Notes: generated from the sequence alone by a model not told the origin. 64,000 nt of DNA from Neoconidiobolus thromboides FSU 785 (GCA_025603075.1 MU626359.1:1-64000), one strand, 5' to 3'; positions 49,708 to 62,917 are shown, counted from the stretch's first letter. Program-made: numbers and translations.

Positions 49708-51575
49708 TTTATTATTATTTAGTTATTTTTTTATTTTAAATAAAATAAGTTTTTAATTATAAATTTTCTTTTTTTTATATACTTTTTTATGAATTAAAAA
49801 TTAATAGTTTCGGTATTTTAAATATTAATGTCTTCGGTCTTTTTTTATTTTATTCTAGAAATTTAGACGTGAGACGTCAGCTGAATGATGTGGCTTATAG
49901 TTTTTCAATGTAATGCAGGGAGTTTAATATACTGCGTAAGATTATATAATTAGGGTTGGCTACTTTATTCTTTATTGAGGTTATTGGGGTTATTAGGTTT
50001 TGGTAGATGTAAATATTAAAATGAGTAGAGAGAGATAGGTAAGATTATTATATTATTGTTGCATTATTGTTGATTTTGGTATTTCATTTTAATCCTTTAT
50101 TTTATTATACTGACTTTTATAAGATCAAACTCGCATTGATTTTCTGAAACTTTTTTAACATATTTATTTAATAGGTTTTTCATTAGGCTGGTAGTATAAT
50201 ATATAAGAATATAATAGAATCAAGACAACAAACAAACATTTGATTATGGTGTTATTTATAGATTTCTGTTATTATTGAGTCATCACCAATCATTTTATTA
50301 TTTTTAACAAATATAAAAACAATTCCTACTTCTCTGTTTTTTTCTTTTAATTCATGCTTAATTATAAAAATATAAAAACCCTTCCCCCTTATAAATAACA
50401 CTAAATTCTCAGATTAACCGAAGCCCTCTTAATCGCAAAAGCAAGTTAATTTTTTTGCTTTTTCTTTTACATCATATCATCTGGTTTTTAGTTTCTGAAT
50501 GATGATAATAACCTTGCTTTTCTTGTTTTCCTACTTTTTGATCATAGTTTTTTATTGTTGTTATCAAGTTATTAAACACTTGAGTTATAAAGTCGAAATA
50601 ATGTATTTTCTGAGGTTTAGCTCTTTTAGGCTAAAAAGATTCTTGCCTTTAGCATTATATTATAAAACATGATTACGAGATGTTTACTAGTTTTCGCTGT
50701 CAATCTAAACTAAACAAATAAGTTTTTTAAATATTGTTTATAGTCAAAATATCACAATTTTCAAATCTTGATTTTTTTATAAAAAAATTAAAGAATTTAA
50801 ACTTGTTTATTCCTATAATTAGAAATTAAAAATTATTTTCCTTATTTAAAACGAAGAATTCAGGATTTTATTGATTACTTTTATTCTACTGCACTTAAAG
50901 GCGATAGTTATATATTGGATAATATATAAACCAACTATATAGATAACGCAGACTACATTTCTTTGGGTGTTTTGGCCTTTATTTTTTAATCCACGCCTTT
51001 GTAATATTACTAAATAAAGTAAATTACAATCCACTTAGGTGACAGCGTTACCTACTGTCAATCCTACGTTTATTAATTGTAATATCACTTTTAGTTGTTT
51101 TAATATTAATATCAATATCCTTTACATGTCAAAAGCAAATAAAAACATAACACAATGGTTTTTTAGTATAGACTTAAGTAATTTTTGTAAAATGAACAAA
51201 GTTATTTATTTCAACTATATTTTGCTGTATATCACTAGCTTTCTTGCTGAACAAATCCTTTAAAATATTAAGCATCAAAACATTAGCAGGCTGATAGATA
51301 ATTATTGATTACTTGCTATATTAAATAATTTCAAATAAGTCAAAGGAATATAAGCAATGTATATAATTATAAATAAATCAATAATTTATTCTTATCACAA
51401 TTAAATAATCAACTGATCCATTGTCTTTAATAGTAAAAATCGAAGTTTTAGTTTCACTTCTAAGTCCATGCTTAATAGTAAATAGCACTAAAAATTAATC
51501 TAAAATGTAACACTTATTTCAACAATTTAGTATAAAGCCTTGTTTGCAATATATTGATTAACTGCATTTCCAAAA

Positions 51576-52789
51576 TCACTCCTTTTTAAAATATTTTGAA
51601 GCAGTTTCAGTCTCTGGTGACTCTTCCTTTTTTACTTTTGTAGCCTTGTTATTTAACCTTTCAAAGCTCAAACTGTCTTCTTTTTCTTCTAACTCAATTT
51701 TGATCTCAGGCTCCCCTGTCTCTAATTTTGGTCGCATAGCCGATCTGACATTACCCCTTTTCCCTAGCTTAGAAGTTTTATCAAACGAGGGACAATCCTC
51801 TGCAACAGGGCATTCAAAGCATCTAGGTCTATTCCCTAAAATAGAATTAATCCATACTTTTTATTGCAATAACTCAAAAACTTACCAATACAAACGGTTT
51901 GCCCAAAACCAACCAATAAAAAGTTAATCTCTTTCCAGTATTTCTTAGGCAATACATTTTCCAACGCTACTCTAGTTTGTTCCGGTTCTTTTGTTTTCAC
52001 CCACCCTAATCGATTGCTAATCCTATGTACATGGGTATCTACACCAATCCCTATATTATAATTCCAACCACATTGTAATGCTAGGAATGCCATTTTAGGA
52101 CCCACCCCTGGAAGTTTCAATAATTCTTCTAAATTATCTGGTATATCATTATCATATTCCTCTAAACAAATTCTTGCTGTTCGTTTGATATATTTCCATT
52201 TTAAATTATGAAACCCCACTTTAGTGATACATTGATGTAATTTTTCTTCATCCATATCTACTAATAATTGAGGAGTAAGTGGTTTTCCGCATGCTTGCCT
52301 CAGTTTTTTCATAGCTAAATAAGTGTCCTCATCTCGCGTTTGTGAGGATAAGATTAAAGATATTAACACGTGAAATCGAAATTCCTAAGTTATGTAAATT
52401 ATATGAATACATAAAAATAGCATTTGATGACAAGACTTACTTTTCCTGTTAATTTTTCATCATCCCCACGTTCACAACCCATAGAGTCAACAGGTGCCGA
52501 ATGAGTTTCTCTATATTTTCTAATTTTTAGAAAAGTTGATTCCCAGTTACTTGGGGGCTTATGACTTAGAAATGGACCACTAGTTATTAATACCTTCTTG
52601 GTTGCAGCTAGTATATATTTATTTTGATTAATATTAATAATTCTTATTAATTTTATTTAATTTACCCTTTTTAACTTTTTTTGGCTTCTCCTCTGGTGAA
52701 GTAATTGTCATTGAACTATCGATATCGATTTCCTTTTTTATTGTTGGTTCTATTTCCGTCTTTATTTTACTATGGCTTCTTAGCTTCAT
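51576..52789 (-). CDS. NTH1: Endonuclease III-like DNA glycosylase/AP lyase, multi-exon
   Basis: APVDSMGCE, LILSSQTRDE, HhH LPGVGPKMA, GVDTHVHRISNRLGW, and C-x6-C-x2-C-x5-C Fe-S motif after splicing (TVC...RPRCFECPVAEDC). Confidence 0.92.
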
Positions 52790-52989
52790 GATTGTTGAAA
52801 TTAGATATTTTTTTGAATTTTGAATTTTAAATAAAATAGTAAAAAGATAATCAAATTATTACGATAGCTTAGCGTATGTAATATTTTAGTCATTAGCATT
52901 TGGCATAAGAAAATTCAGAATCGATCGTGAATATTTAGCAGTAAAAGTGAATAAAATAAATCACTTATCAAAATAAGCTGTGTGATATA

Positions 52990-53072
52990 TGATCAGGATG
53001 GGATTCGAACCCACGCCTCCGAAGAGACCGCGGCCTTAACACGGCGCCTTAGACCAACTCGGCCACCTGATC
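52990..53072 (-). tRNA. tRNA-Leu(AAG): tRNA-Leu (AAG)
   Basis: 83 nt; GATCAGG/CCTGATC acceptor, TT-AAG-GC loop, long variable arm, GGTTCGAATCCC T-arm. Confidence 0.95.
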
Positions 53073-53263
53073 TTAATAATTGAGCACTCCAGCAAATTTA
53101 AAATAAAATTTCAACAAAATGAAATAATTGAGTAAAAAAATAGGCAGTATAACAAATATTCAAAGATAGGAAAGTAAATAAAAACAAAATGAACAACACT
53201 GAAAAATTAAATTAATAAAAGCACACTTTATTCAGTTTAATTGAAAATAAATACTAATCCCAC

Positions 53264-54526
53264 TTAAGCAAACTCAATTTTACTATTTCCATTGAAGGTG
53301 GCAGCTCTAGCGGACCCAGCAGTTGGAGGAGGATGGGATTCATCACCAAGATGACCAGTCTTAAAATTTCTTCTATCCTTGTCAAGGTGAGGGACTACGT
53401 CTTTATTTTTACTAACGACCTCAGTGTTTCCGTTAAAAGTTTCAATAACAAATCTTCCTTTGAAAGTAGCTGGGAGGGAGATAAAAGTGTTTCCATTGAC
53501 AGTAGCTGAGTCATAGTTGATTTCATGATGGGGGCGATTAGCTTCATGAGACTCATCATGAAGTACTTTTATACTAGTGTTTCCATTCACGGCCTTTGCA
53601 TGTACTTTATTGGAATTCTTGGCTGTTAAATCAACGTTACCATCAACAGTAGCACCAACTACATGATCAGCTTTAATATTAGTGGTAGTGACATGGCCAT
53701 GAGTGGCAAATAAAGCTACACTTTGACCGGTGGTACCTTCAACATGAAGGTTACCAGAAACGGTGCCAAGGTTGATTTGATTAACAATCAAGTCTTTGAT
53801 TTTAATATCACCACAAACCAATTTAAGTTCCAACTTTTGTAAAGTTAATTTGCCTTTAAAATCAGTTTCTATATCGCCGACTGGTAAATGAGACCAAAAT
53901 TTTTCAAGGTGATCCAAGTCATTAGGAAGATAAATTAAAATATTAGCCTTAATACATTCCCCATTATTGTGGAATACTCTTGGCCCACGAATACTGAAAT
54001 CATAAGAATCTTTATTAATATGGAAACCTACATGAACATCATCGGCTACTTTAACATTACTGATAAAGATTTCAGGTTCTATTTTAATGTTTGGTGAATC
54101 GTGACGTGCAAATTTTACAGTACTGAATTTGACGCTTCCAATCATGCCAACTCCAAAGGAGGTATGCTCTTTGGCGTTGAATTCAAAGGTTTCCTCTATT
54201 TTGTATGGAATGGTAGGATTGCAAACTGGTCTGGGTCCATGGCCATGACCTGGACCATGACCCGGTCCGTGTTCATGACCAGGGTGATAATAGGGTTTCA
54301 TTTCACTATTTGCGTGCTGAAATGGGCAGTTGAATTGAACAGTTGAAGCTAATTGATAAAAACCAAAGACTAATAAAGAATAAAGAATAAGTTTAGTCAA
54401 CACTCTTAATACACTGCACTTTCTTTTTTTGGGTTCTTCTGGTAAAGGCTCAGTATTGTTACCCTCTTCGCATAATAATGCTTCTTTTTCGTTATGTACT
54501 GGATAATACGCTTTTGTATCACTCAT
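53264..54526 (-). CDS. Membrane-anchored DUF4097-like beta-solenoid protein, divergent paralog 3
   Basis: 420 aa; TM, His/Gly/Pro linker, same two Cys anchors (CNPT..., ECIKA) as the tandem pair, xxGN/GD turn repeats. Confidence 0.75.
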   Translation of the reverse strand: MSDTKAYYPVHNEKEALLCEEGNNTEPLPEEPKKRKCSVLRVLTKLILYSLLVFGFYQLASTVQFNCPFQHANSEMKPYYHPGHEHGPGHGPGHGHGPRPVCNPTIPYKIEETFEFNAKEHTSFGVGMIGSVKFSTVKFARHDSPNIKIEPEIFISNVKVADDVHVGFHINKDSYDFSIRGPRVFHNNGECIKANILIYLPNDLDHLEKFWSHLPVGDIETDFKGKLTLQKLELKLVCGDIKIKDLIVNQINLGTVSGNLHVEGTTGQSVALFATHGHVTTTNIKADHVVGATVDGNVDLTAKNSNKVHAKAVNGNTSIKVLHDESHEANRPHHEINYDSATVNGNTFISLPATFKGRFVIETFNGNTEVVSKNKDVVPHLDKDRRNFKTGHLGDESHPPPTAGSARAATFNGNSKIEFA

Positions 54527-54901
54527 TTTATTTCTTAAAGAGAAAACAGTGGTTTAGGTTTTTTTAGTATTTATGATGTCTTTTTTGAATTATGCTTGGA
54601 AAAGTTTGGTTTTTATAATTTGCTTGGCATTACCTTTTAAATCTAGTGATCTCAAACTTTGGTTTAAATTCAAAAGTCCAATCACTTAAACTGCTTTTTT
54701 TTAAACTTTTAATTGTTTGGTTCGAATTTACTAGTTACTGCTTAGTTATTTATTAATTCGGGCTAATATTATTCAATTGCCCTTGATATTATACATACAA
54801 CAATATTAAAAATACTTTTGATATTCTCAAGTCATGAATGAACAGAGAGTTACGGGTTAGCATTGAATTTAAATGAGAGTATATTTAAATAACTTGAGAG
54901 C

Positions 54902-55005
54902 ATATGAGGATGTTTTTTCTGGTTTCATTACTTTTTCCATCTTTTAGACGCTATTTGAGTGGAAAAATTGGTAGTAAAATTCTTAAAAAAAATACATCCC
55001 CATAT
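54902..55005 (-). mobile_element. MITE copy 19
   Basis: GAGGATGT...ACATCCCC, ATAT/ATAT. Confidence 0.9.
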
Positions 55006-55863
55006 TTTAAAACTCTAAGGTACCAAGAATATTAGCCCAAATCGAGGTGACTGTTAGAAAATAAATAAAAACAGGAAATTAATAACTCATTACTGGTTCT
55101 ATTTAAACATGGGTTGGGCATTTAATTTTGTGTCTTTTGAGTTTAACCATCGTAATTTTTTCTATTTTTATAATAACAAATATGAAATTAAATATCTCAA
55201 TTCATGTTTAAATTAAACAATTAACAAGGTTTTTATAAAAAACGGGTTTAGTCATTCAAACTTTGTTCAATAGTCGTAATATAGTAAATTTACTAACAAT
55301 CCTTAATGAGGGTAAACAAATGTCTGAAAAAAATCAAATTTTTTGATTAGATCTTCATAGTAAAAAATGGCTAATAGGTTTTTAGGAACCTTAGGACTAA
55401 CTTTGATACTAATGTCACTATTACTGTTTCTATTATTATTTTATGAAGTGTAATAGTGCATCTTTGAGTATAAGATAAGCTTACTACTGCTTTAACTATT
55501 TTCTTGCACTTAAAAACATATTTATGGTATTTTTGAAATTGAAATTGGGAATTTTTTCGATTGAAACTTGCTTTACATAAAATTTGATTATTTTTACTAA
55601 GTTTGTATTAAAAAATTAGACATTTATATTTATCCTTGGTATAATCGCATTTATTTTTAAAGATCAGTTAGAATTGCTGTTATTAGTGTAAGTGTTTAGA
55701 TTAACTGCTCCTGTAGCTCTTTTTAGATGACAGCCACACCCTAACATCTTATATACAGCCAAATCTATTTATTAAACTATGTAATAGCTATATTAAGTAA
55801 TCATTAAGAAAGAAATGCTAATTTAAAAATTAATATATTGCACAAACCATTTCACTAAAATCC

Positions 55864-55970
55864 ATATGGGAGTGTTTTTTTTGATTTCATTATTTTTTCC
55901 ATTTTTAAAGCACTATTTGAGTGGAAAGATTGTTAGTAAAATTCTTAAACACAAAAAAACACCCCCATAT
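55864..55970 (-). mobile_element. MITE copy 20
   Basis: GGGAGTGT...ACACCCCC, ATAT/ATAT. Confidence 0.9.
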
Positions 55971-56165
55971 GCTAAGTTTAAACTTATTAAAAAAGACTAT
56001 GATAAGTATACTCATTAAATATATCGAAGTAACTAACGTAAGTCTTAGCTGAAAAATACACTTGGATTTAAAATAAATACAGCTAAACCATTTTAAATTG
56101 TTATAATTAATTGAACTATAATATTTGAGTTTGCTATCCATAAGGTAACTATATATTAAGGGGCC

Positions 56166-56271
56166 ATATGGCGATACATTTTTGTGTTTAAATATTTATT
56201 AACAATTTTTCTGCTCAAATAATACTTAAAAGATGGAAAAAACAATGAAGCCAAAAAAAACAGCCTTATAT
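56166..56271 (+). mobile_element. MITE copy 21 (empty sites at 61181 and 62910)
   Basis: Inserted in ggggcc-ATAT-tttt of member B promoter; ATAT on both sides. Confidence 0.9.
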
Positions 56272-56318
56272 TTTTAAAATCATATAAGATAAAAATCATC
56301 TAATGTTATTAACTGAAA

Positions 56319-56883
56319 ACGAACTTTAATACTGTTGCTTCTCCTTTTTCATTTTGATTATCTTTTATTGCTCTAGAATTTCCTTTTAATTACATGTACT
56401 GAGGGTATTAATGATAAAATCATCAGTAACTTTAAAGGATTGTTACATACATGTAATGCCTAACTGATTGCCGATGATTGCCAACTTGAATGAAAAATGT
56501 TTCGAGATAGAAATAAAAAAGATATAGCTGACATTATTGAGTACTATAATAACTCATACTATGGCCTTTCTTTTAAGGCCCGATACCCAAATAGATAATT
56601 TAATAGTGAGCAGGTGCTAGTTTTCAGTAGTTTTAAGGAGACACTAGACGAATTGGCCCTATTAGTTAAAATAGCGAGGACGATAGCGTCAGAAGCAAAA
56701 GCGTCAATGATAAAGGCGATATTTCAAATTGACTTATTGCTATTACAACCAACTTTGAACAGATTTAAGGAGTGCAAAACAAAGTTGAATTTGAAAAGTC
56801 TCAAGGCGGAATCAATAAAGTATCTGGAGAGTTCGCGAAAGGAAATAGAAAAATTTATTGTAGATCATATCCTAGATATTTGA
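56319..56883 (+). pseudogene. Small secreted protein family member B (pseudogene)
   Basis: ACG in place of start; GINDKIISNFKGLLHTCNA*LIADDCQLE*KM, LVFSSFKETLDEL, RFKECKT align with 61249-61818. Confidence 0.8.
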
Positions 56884-57822
56884 ATATATCTAAAAAAAAA
56901 TCCACTTCAAGTCTCTTTTTAACCACTTGGACTAATAATGTACTCTACAGCCAGTCTAAAGAGATTTATTTAGGAATTTCATTCATTTTCATTTAAACAA
57001 TTTAAATTTAAATACAATTAAGCTTAAACAAAACAACCACATTGTTCTTTGAATCAACCTAGCATTATATATGCAATAAATTTCTATTTCTATGAAATGC
57101 TTAGTAGTTAGTTTAAAATTTAAAATTTTAGTTCTTTGTTAAAACGTAAGCTAATGCCATAAATCCAATAATTATAGTCAAATCGATTTATGCTAGATTT
57201 CGTATAAAATATAATCTTAAACAAGGACAAGTATATTAGTAAAATCTATATAAATGATGTATATTTTTATAATATTTTTAATGTTTATTGTTTTAGTTAT
57301 CATAAACTTTTGTTGATTTTCATATATAAATCAAGTAAGCTGATTAAAATTTTAGTACTATTAGAAACTTAATAGTGTTTTCATTATGTCAATTTCCAGT
57401 GCATATACATCATATACAATATTACAAAATATCAGACCATCAATTTTTATGATTCTTCATTATAAAACAATAAAATGATAAATTGTAAAAATAAATGATA
57501 TGCTATTCAAATATTTAAATTATTTTGTAATACTGTAACTCTTTATTTGATTTAGTATGATTTTTTTGATTGTAAATTTTTTATTTATTTAACAAAGCTA
57601 CATTCGAAAATTATAATCGTAAGATATACAAAAGTAGTTAAAGGATCCTTTGTCAAAACTAGATCCTATAGTTCAAACAAATAGAGTTAGATCTAATTCA
57701 AATCAGTATAACTACTTCAAGTTCGATATTTTATTTTGCTGGTTAAAGGGTTTTTACTTATCAAAGAAGCTCCATTTTTAAAAGCATGTAAGTAAAAAAC
57801 CATGCAACTGTATCAACAAAAA

Positions 57823-58390
57823 ATGAGATTTGACAATTTTGCCTCTACTTTTTTGATTTCTTTAACTTTTATTGTTGCTACCCTCCCTCCTAATGATCAT
57901 GGCTTAAAGCCCATTGGTGATAAAATTCTTAATATCGTCGAAGTATTTTTATTTGTCCAGGATGGCCAAAAAATTGCTGATAACTGCCAGCCTAAACGAA
58001 GTATTTCACAAGTTCAGAGTATATATGAATTTAATTCCATCTTTGATGCCTACGGGGAATCTCACCTCAATGTTTTATATCAAAATCCAGTCAGAATCAA
58101 CGAATTTGATACTTAATGACATTAAATCATAGAGGTAATCAAATTGGCCCAAGATCAATTTGCTATTCATAGAGAAAGAATAAAAAAATAGCCTTTAAAA
58201 GTGAATCTATTGGTACCGAAATAAGCCTCGGTCAAATATTCAAAGGGTGTGTATCTTCCAAAGAATATCATGTAATCTGTGTTCAGCTTGTAGATATATC
58301 CAAATGTTCTTGGGATAGAGGTAAACTCAATATAAGAAAATTACGCTCTAAATTTGATATAACCAAAAAGAAGCTTTTGATATTATAAAA
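57823..58390 (+). pseudogene. Small secreted protein family member C (truncated at 58116, decayed 3' half)
   Basis: MRFDNF...DHGLKPIGDK...DGQKIADNCQPKRSISQV aligns with intact member; stops after ~97 codons; KGCVSSKEY downstream. Confidence 0.7.
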
Positions 58391-59096
58391 AGGTCTGAAA
58401 GTATTGATTTTTAATTACTTGTGCTTAAAATGACTTATGAAGTTGCTCTAAAGATCATTTAAAGTGTCTTTCGAGTTAATTAAACAATATTATATAGTTA
58501 GTTTCAATTGTAATATTATGACTTTAGATACATAAATATTTATATTGATTTAAGGTTAGATAGCGTAGTCTGAGGTAATTTCATTTAATTAATAGTAAAA
58601 ATTTCATTTATTTGTAAGACTTTTTACTAAGGTAAAAATTCAAAAAATAATAAGTATAGCCATTGAAACTTATGCTGATAGTACATTTGTATATATATTT
58701 CAGTGTTTAAATGTGTAAGTTAAGTTAAACTTACATTGTTTTCATATATAAGTTAGGTAATTTGAGTTAAACAAATGGAAATGTTTTTTATTAATTGTCT
58801 TTTTTGCTATTTTTTTAAATTAGAAATTAATTAGCCATTATATTGTTTAAGTTTCGATATGTGCTAAATAACTGTTCATTTTAATAGAAATTAAATTAAT
58901 AGCCTTGAAATCACTAGATTGAACAAGCAACTATAAATTCATCACTTGTCAGCACAAACTTGAACTTAAGCATCTGCCTTAATTAATTTTTGAAAAAATA
59001 GTAAAAAAGGGTAAAATAAAAAACATTCCCAAATACCAAGCAAACTTTAATGGTATTTCTATCTTAATAAAACTCATAGCTTTAATTCTTTAAACT

Positions 59097-59195
59097 GTAT
59101 AATGTGTTTTTGAATTTATTAAGAATTTTTCTGCTCAAATAGCACTTAAAAGATGAGAAAAGTGATAAAGCCAAAAAAATTATCTCTGTACATAT
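59097..59195 (+). mobile_element. MITE copy 22, degenerate
   Basis: Core TTTTTCTGCTCAAATAGCACTTAAAAGATG retained, ends eroded. Confidence 0.7.
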
Positions 59196-59268
59196 TATAT
59201 TAAATGTCACTATTTTTTGTTTTTATAATAACTTAGCGTATCAATTAAAGTATACTACATAAAGTATA

Positions 59269-59370
59269 ATATGGGGTGTATTTTTTGGTTTCATTACTTT
59301 TTACATTTTTTAATCGCTACCTGAGCAGAAAAATTCTTAATAAAATTAAACAAAAAATACATCCTCATAT
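59269..59370 (-). mobile_element. MITE copy 23
   Basis: GGGGTGT...CATCCTC, ATAT/ATAT. Confidence 0.85.
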
Positions 59371-59526
59371 AGTGTAATTTTAGTTAATATCATTTGAGTT
59401 GTTATAATAAAATTAAAAGCTGCAAACCATTTTATCAAAGAATGTAAAGCAGATAGAATTAAAATTGATTCAAGTAATTATAGTAAGTAGAGTATGCGTT
59501 TTAAGTTTCCTGTAAGTGGGGTAATC

Positions 59527-59632
59527 ATATGGGGATGTATTTTTGTATTTAAGAATTTTACTGACAATTTTTCCACATAAATAGCGCTTAAAAAATGGAA
59601 AAATAATGAAACTAAAAAAAACAGCTCCATAT
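59527..59632 (+). mobile_element. MITE copy 24 (empty site at 56151)
   Basis: Inserted in ggtaatc-ATAT-attgagg of member D promoter. Confidence 0.9.
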
Positions 59633-59708
59633 ATTGAGGAGTAATATTTGTAGAAAAATACATAGCAAAAATTTACTACTTTAAGATGTTTAACTATATC
59701 AATCAAAG

Positions 59709-60362
59709 ATGAAGTTTAATGCTTTTATTTGGCTTTTACTACTGAAGCATCCAGATCTAAATATCATGGTTTAAGAACTATTGGTGATGAAGTTATCGAA
59801 AGTTTTAAGAGATTATTGTATATCCATGATGATCAATTAACTACCGGTAACTGTTAAATTGAATAAAAGAATGTACAAGCTGGAAAAAGAGAGGAATTCG
59901 ATATTATCTTTCGAGCTTGTGATCAGACTTTTAATGATCTTTTAAATCTAAATCAACTTAATATAAATGAATTTAATATTAAGCTACAGAAAACTCAATG
60001 CAGAATTAAAATAGCTCGAGCAATTCACTGCTACCAATGGAGCTACCAATGGATATAAGAATATGATAAATAATGGAGGAAATAACAATAGTAATATCGG
60101 AAACGGGTATGCTGCCAGCAAACTCAACTTAGAATAAAGTTGAAAAGACTGCAAATCTTGCGTTGGTTGTAATGGATTCCTCACTAGAGCCTTCAGAATA
60201 TTTAGATTGAAGTTAAATTATTACTCTCATAGAGAACAACGATTAACCATTGAGGTTGTATATATCTTAAGAATTAAAAATGTTAGGTGTGACCTTAAAC
60301 TTGTTCCTTCCTTAGCTACTTGTACGAAAGAAGCTATAAAAAGCTATTCTAAATATCGTTAA
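59709..60362 (+). pseudogene. Small secreted protein family member D (pseudogene)
   Basis: MKFN..., frameshift, YHGLRTIGDEVIESFKRLLYIHDDQLTTGNC*IE*K, RACDQTF, KDCKS. Confidence 0.75.
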
Positions 60363-60669
60363 ATTATTTTTTAATATAACTTTTCAGAATAGATCCAAAG
60401 AAAGTAAATTTCACTAAATATTTAATGATATTTTAAATTTCAATTTGATGATTTTACGTGCAAATAAGAATATTAATATAATATTTAATTAATATAGCTT
60501 AATTTAACATAAAGTTCTCAAAGGCGATAGTTCTATCCATCCTTACGATATTTCATCAATAATAAAACTCTAAAGCAATCGACACAGATATAAAAATCAA
60601 TGCTAATATGCATGTTTTCTAAAAAATTTGTAATTGTTAAATGTTTAAATTAAGCTAATTATTTTCAGT

Positions 60670-60775
60670 ATATAAAGCTATTTTTTTTGGTTTCATACTT
60701 TTTCCATTTTTTGAGCGTTATTTAGGCGGAAAAATTGTTAATAAAATTGCTAAGCAAAAATATATTCCCACTTAT
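60670..60775 (-). mobile_element. MITE copy 25, degenerate
   Basis: Core recognisable, TIRs eroded. Confidence 0.7.
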
Positions 60776-61152
60776 TGTATATTTATAATAAATATTACAA
60801 GCAATAAAAGCCAGTTATAATTTTAAAAAAATAAAAGAAAAATAAGAACCTGTTTTTTTCCACTCATTTCCTTAAATATCTTCAATAAAGGCAAGCTGTG
60901 CATACGCTATAATATTGAGTCTATATTATTTATGTAATATTATTTATTCGCTATTTTTATTCAACTAGGTGGTCATATTATGTAAATATATTTGTTAAGC
61001 TTAGAATATAAAAAATACAAGTATACTCGCGGAATATGCCTAAGTAGATAAAGTGCTCCTTATTGGAAGTGGATTCCCTCAGTTAAAATAAATAAAGCTA
61101 ACCTAAAATTAAATCAACCCAATTAATTCAAGTATTATTTTTAGTTTGCCGT

Positions 61153-61189
61153 CCACGGAATAATTATGTATTAAGGGGCCATATTTTTT
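61153..61189 (+). promoter_or_regulatory. Conserved proximal promoter block of the secreted family (member E)
   Basis: CCACGGAATAATTATGTATTAAGGGGCCATATTTTT, matched upstream of F (62882-62917) and recognisable upstream of A, B, D. Confidence 0.6.
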
Positions 61190-61248
61190 AAAGTATATAA
61201 GACAAAATTGTATCGATTAAAGACATCATTGAACTTCACCAAACAAAA

Positions 61249-61818
61249 ATGAAATTTAGTACTACTACTTTTACTTCTTTAATTTGCTTAACTTCCTCTG
61301 CTGCAGCATTTTCTTTTAATCACCATAGCTTAAGAGGTATTAGTGACGAAATCATTGGTGGCTTTAAGGGATTATTGCATATCCGTGATGTCCAGCCAAT
61401 TGCCAATGATTGTCAATTTGAGCAAAAAATGTCCCAAGTTAAAAATAAAGAAGATTTTATTAACACTATTAAGTACTGCGACAACTCTTACTATGATCTT
61501 TTGTATGAAGGTAAATACTCAAGTAAGGAACTTAATAGTGAACGGGAACAGCTTTTCAATAAATTTAAGGTAGCCTTAGAGAAACTCGATCCTAATCAAA
61601 AGAACAATGAAATTACTTTTGAAGATGGGCCTATTAATTACGTATTAGACCTTAATAAAAGATATAAAGAATGTAAATCTCCCACTGATTATCGTGGACT
61701 CTACAATGAAGTCAAAGATACATATGATCGCCTTAGAGAAAATCGTTATGTTGATCAGAGCCGATTACAAGTTGAATACGCAGACATCAAAAACAAATTT
61801 TCTAGTGTTCTAAATTAG
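61249..61818 (+). CDS. Small secreted protein family member E (only intact copy), unknown function
   Basis: 189-aa ORF, signal peptide MKFSTTTFTSLICLTSSAAA, three mature-region Cys, helical-looking charged sequence; five broken paralogs in window. Confidence 0.85.
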   Translation: MKFSTTTFTSLICLTSSAAAFSFNHHSLRGISDEIIGGFKGLLHIRDVQPIANDCQFEQKMSQVKNKEDFINTIKYCDNSYYDLLYEGKYSSKELNSEREQLFNKFKVALEKLDPNQKNNEITFEDGPINYVLDLNKRYKECKSPTDYRGLYNEVKDTYDRLRENRYVDQSRLQVEYADIKNKFSSVLN

Positions 61819-62378
61819 ACTTTTAATATTGGGTTTTAACTGCTCGCCTTTAAAATGGCTTATAAAGATACTTTAAGGATTATTTAGTTTATTCCTAAAT
61901 TATTATAATAAATATAGTTACAACTTTATTATATGTCCAATAGTTTATTTACGCTTTTACTTTGCAGCTTTAATTATATAAATGTACTTTTGATATTCAG
62001 ACAAACAATATAGCTTAACTTTGGATAATGTATTCAATGGTAAGTTTTGTGTATTTGCCCTCTCCTTTTATTAAAAAATAAATCTTTGGATAGCAATAAG
62101 TATAAATGTAGAAGTTCATGCTAATAATTATATTATTTATACTTGATATCTAATGTTTGTTTACTAAATAGTATATACATTTTGAGTTAAAACACTTACT
62201 GTTTCTTATAACAACTTAGGCTATATTAATTACAATACATCTATATTTAATATAATAGCAGTATTTTAATTGATATTGATTGATCTACTATAAAGAATCA
62301 AAACACAAAAGTCATTTTACCAGTGAGTGTAGGCCAAATATAACTAAACCATTCCTGCTAACTACAATCAATTAAACT

Positions 62379-62477
62379 ACATGGAAATGTTTTTTTAGTT
62401 TCATCGCTTTTTCATTTTTAAAGTTCTATTGAATGAAAAAGACAGTAAATCTTTGAACGAAAAAGGCATCTTTATGT
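62379..62477 (-). mobile_element. MITE copy 26, strongly degenerate
   Basis: GGAAATGTTTTTTTAG start and eroded core. Confidence 0.6.
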
Positions 62478-62700
62478 GCTATAATATTGAGTTTAAATTA
62501 CTATAAAATCTTATCTGTTTATGTTTTTCGACTTAATTCATTATAATTTTAACTACTTGAATTATAAAATTTTTTATCAAAACATACTTTTTGTTTAGTT
62601 ATATTATATTGGACGATTGTATTTATCAAATTTAGACTTAAATAAAAAAGATGTACTCATAGAACATACTCAAGTAGATAAAATACCTTTTGTCAGAAGT

Positions 62701-62804
62701 ATATGGGAATGTATTTTTTATTTAAGAATTCTACCAACAACCTTTCCACTCAAATTAGCGCTTAAAAATGGAAAAGTAATGGAATAAAGAAAACATCGCC
62801 ATAT
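62701..62804 (+). mobile_element. MITE copy 27
   Basis: GGGAATGT...ACATCGCC, ATAT/ATAT; 157 bp upstream of member F. Confidence 0.85.
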
Positions 62805-62881
62805 CCTTGTAGTTTGAACAAATAAAGCTAAACTAAAACTAAATCCATGGAATTGATTTGAGTTCATATTTCGTTTTCCTT

Positions 62882-62917
62882 CCACGGAGTAATTATGTAT
62901 TAATAAGCCATATTTTT
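62882..62917 (+). promoter_or_regulatory. Conserved proximal promoter block (member F)
   Basis: CCACGGAGTAATTATGTATTAATAAGCCATATTTTT. Confidence 0.55.

Noticed and set aside
49940-50080. Possible decayed duplicate of the first exon of SPRY paralog 4
   Set aside because: Similarity limited to a hydrophobic run and YIYxNL across a frameshift; low complexity.
54902-55970. The reverse orientation of the MITE reads as an ATG-initiated ~35-aa hydrophobic then basic peptide (MGMFFLxSLxFPxFKRYLSGKIVSKILKHKNTSPY), open in copies 5, 13, 19 and 20
   Set aside because: The ATG comes from the target duplication plus the terminal G; homopolymer indels break the frame in copies 1, 3, 15 and 24; a frame this short arises easily by chance.
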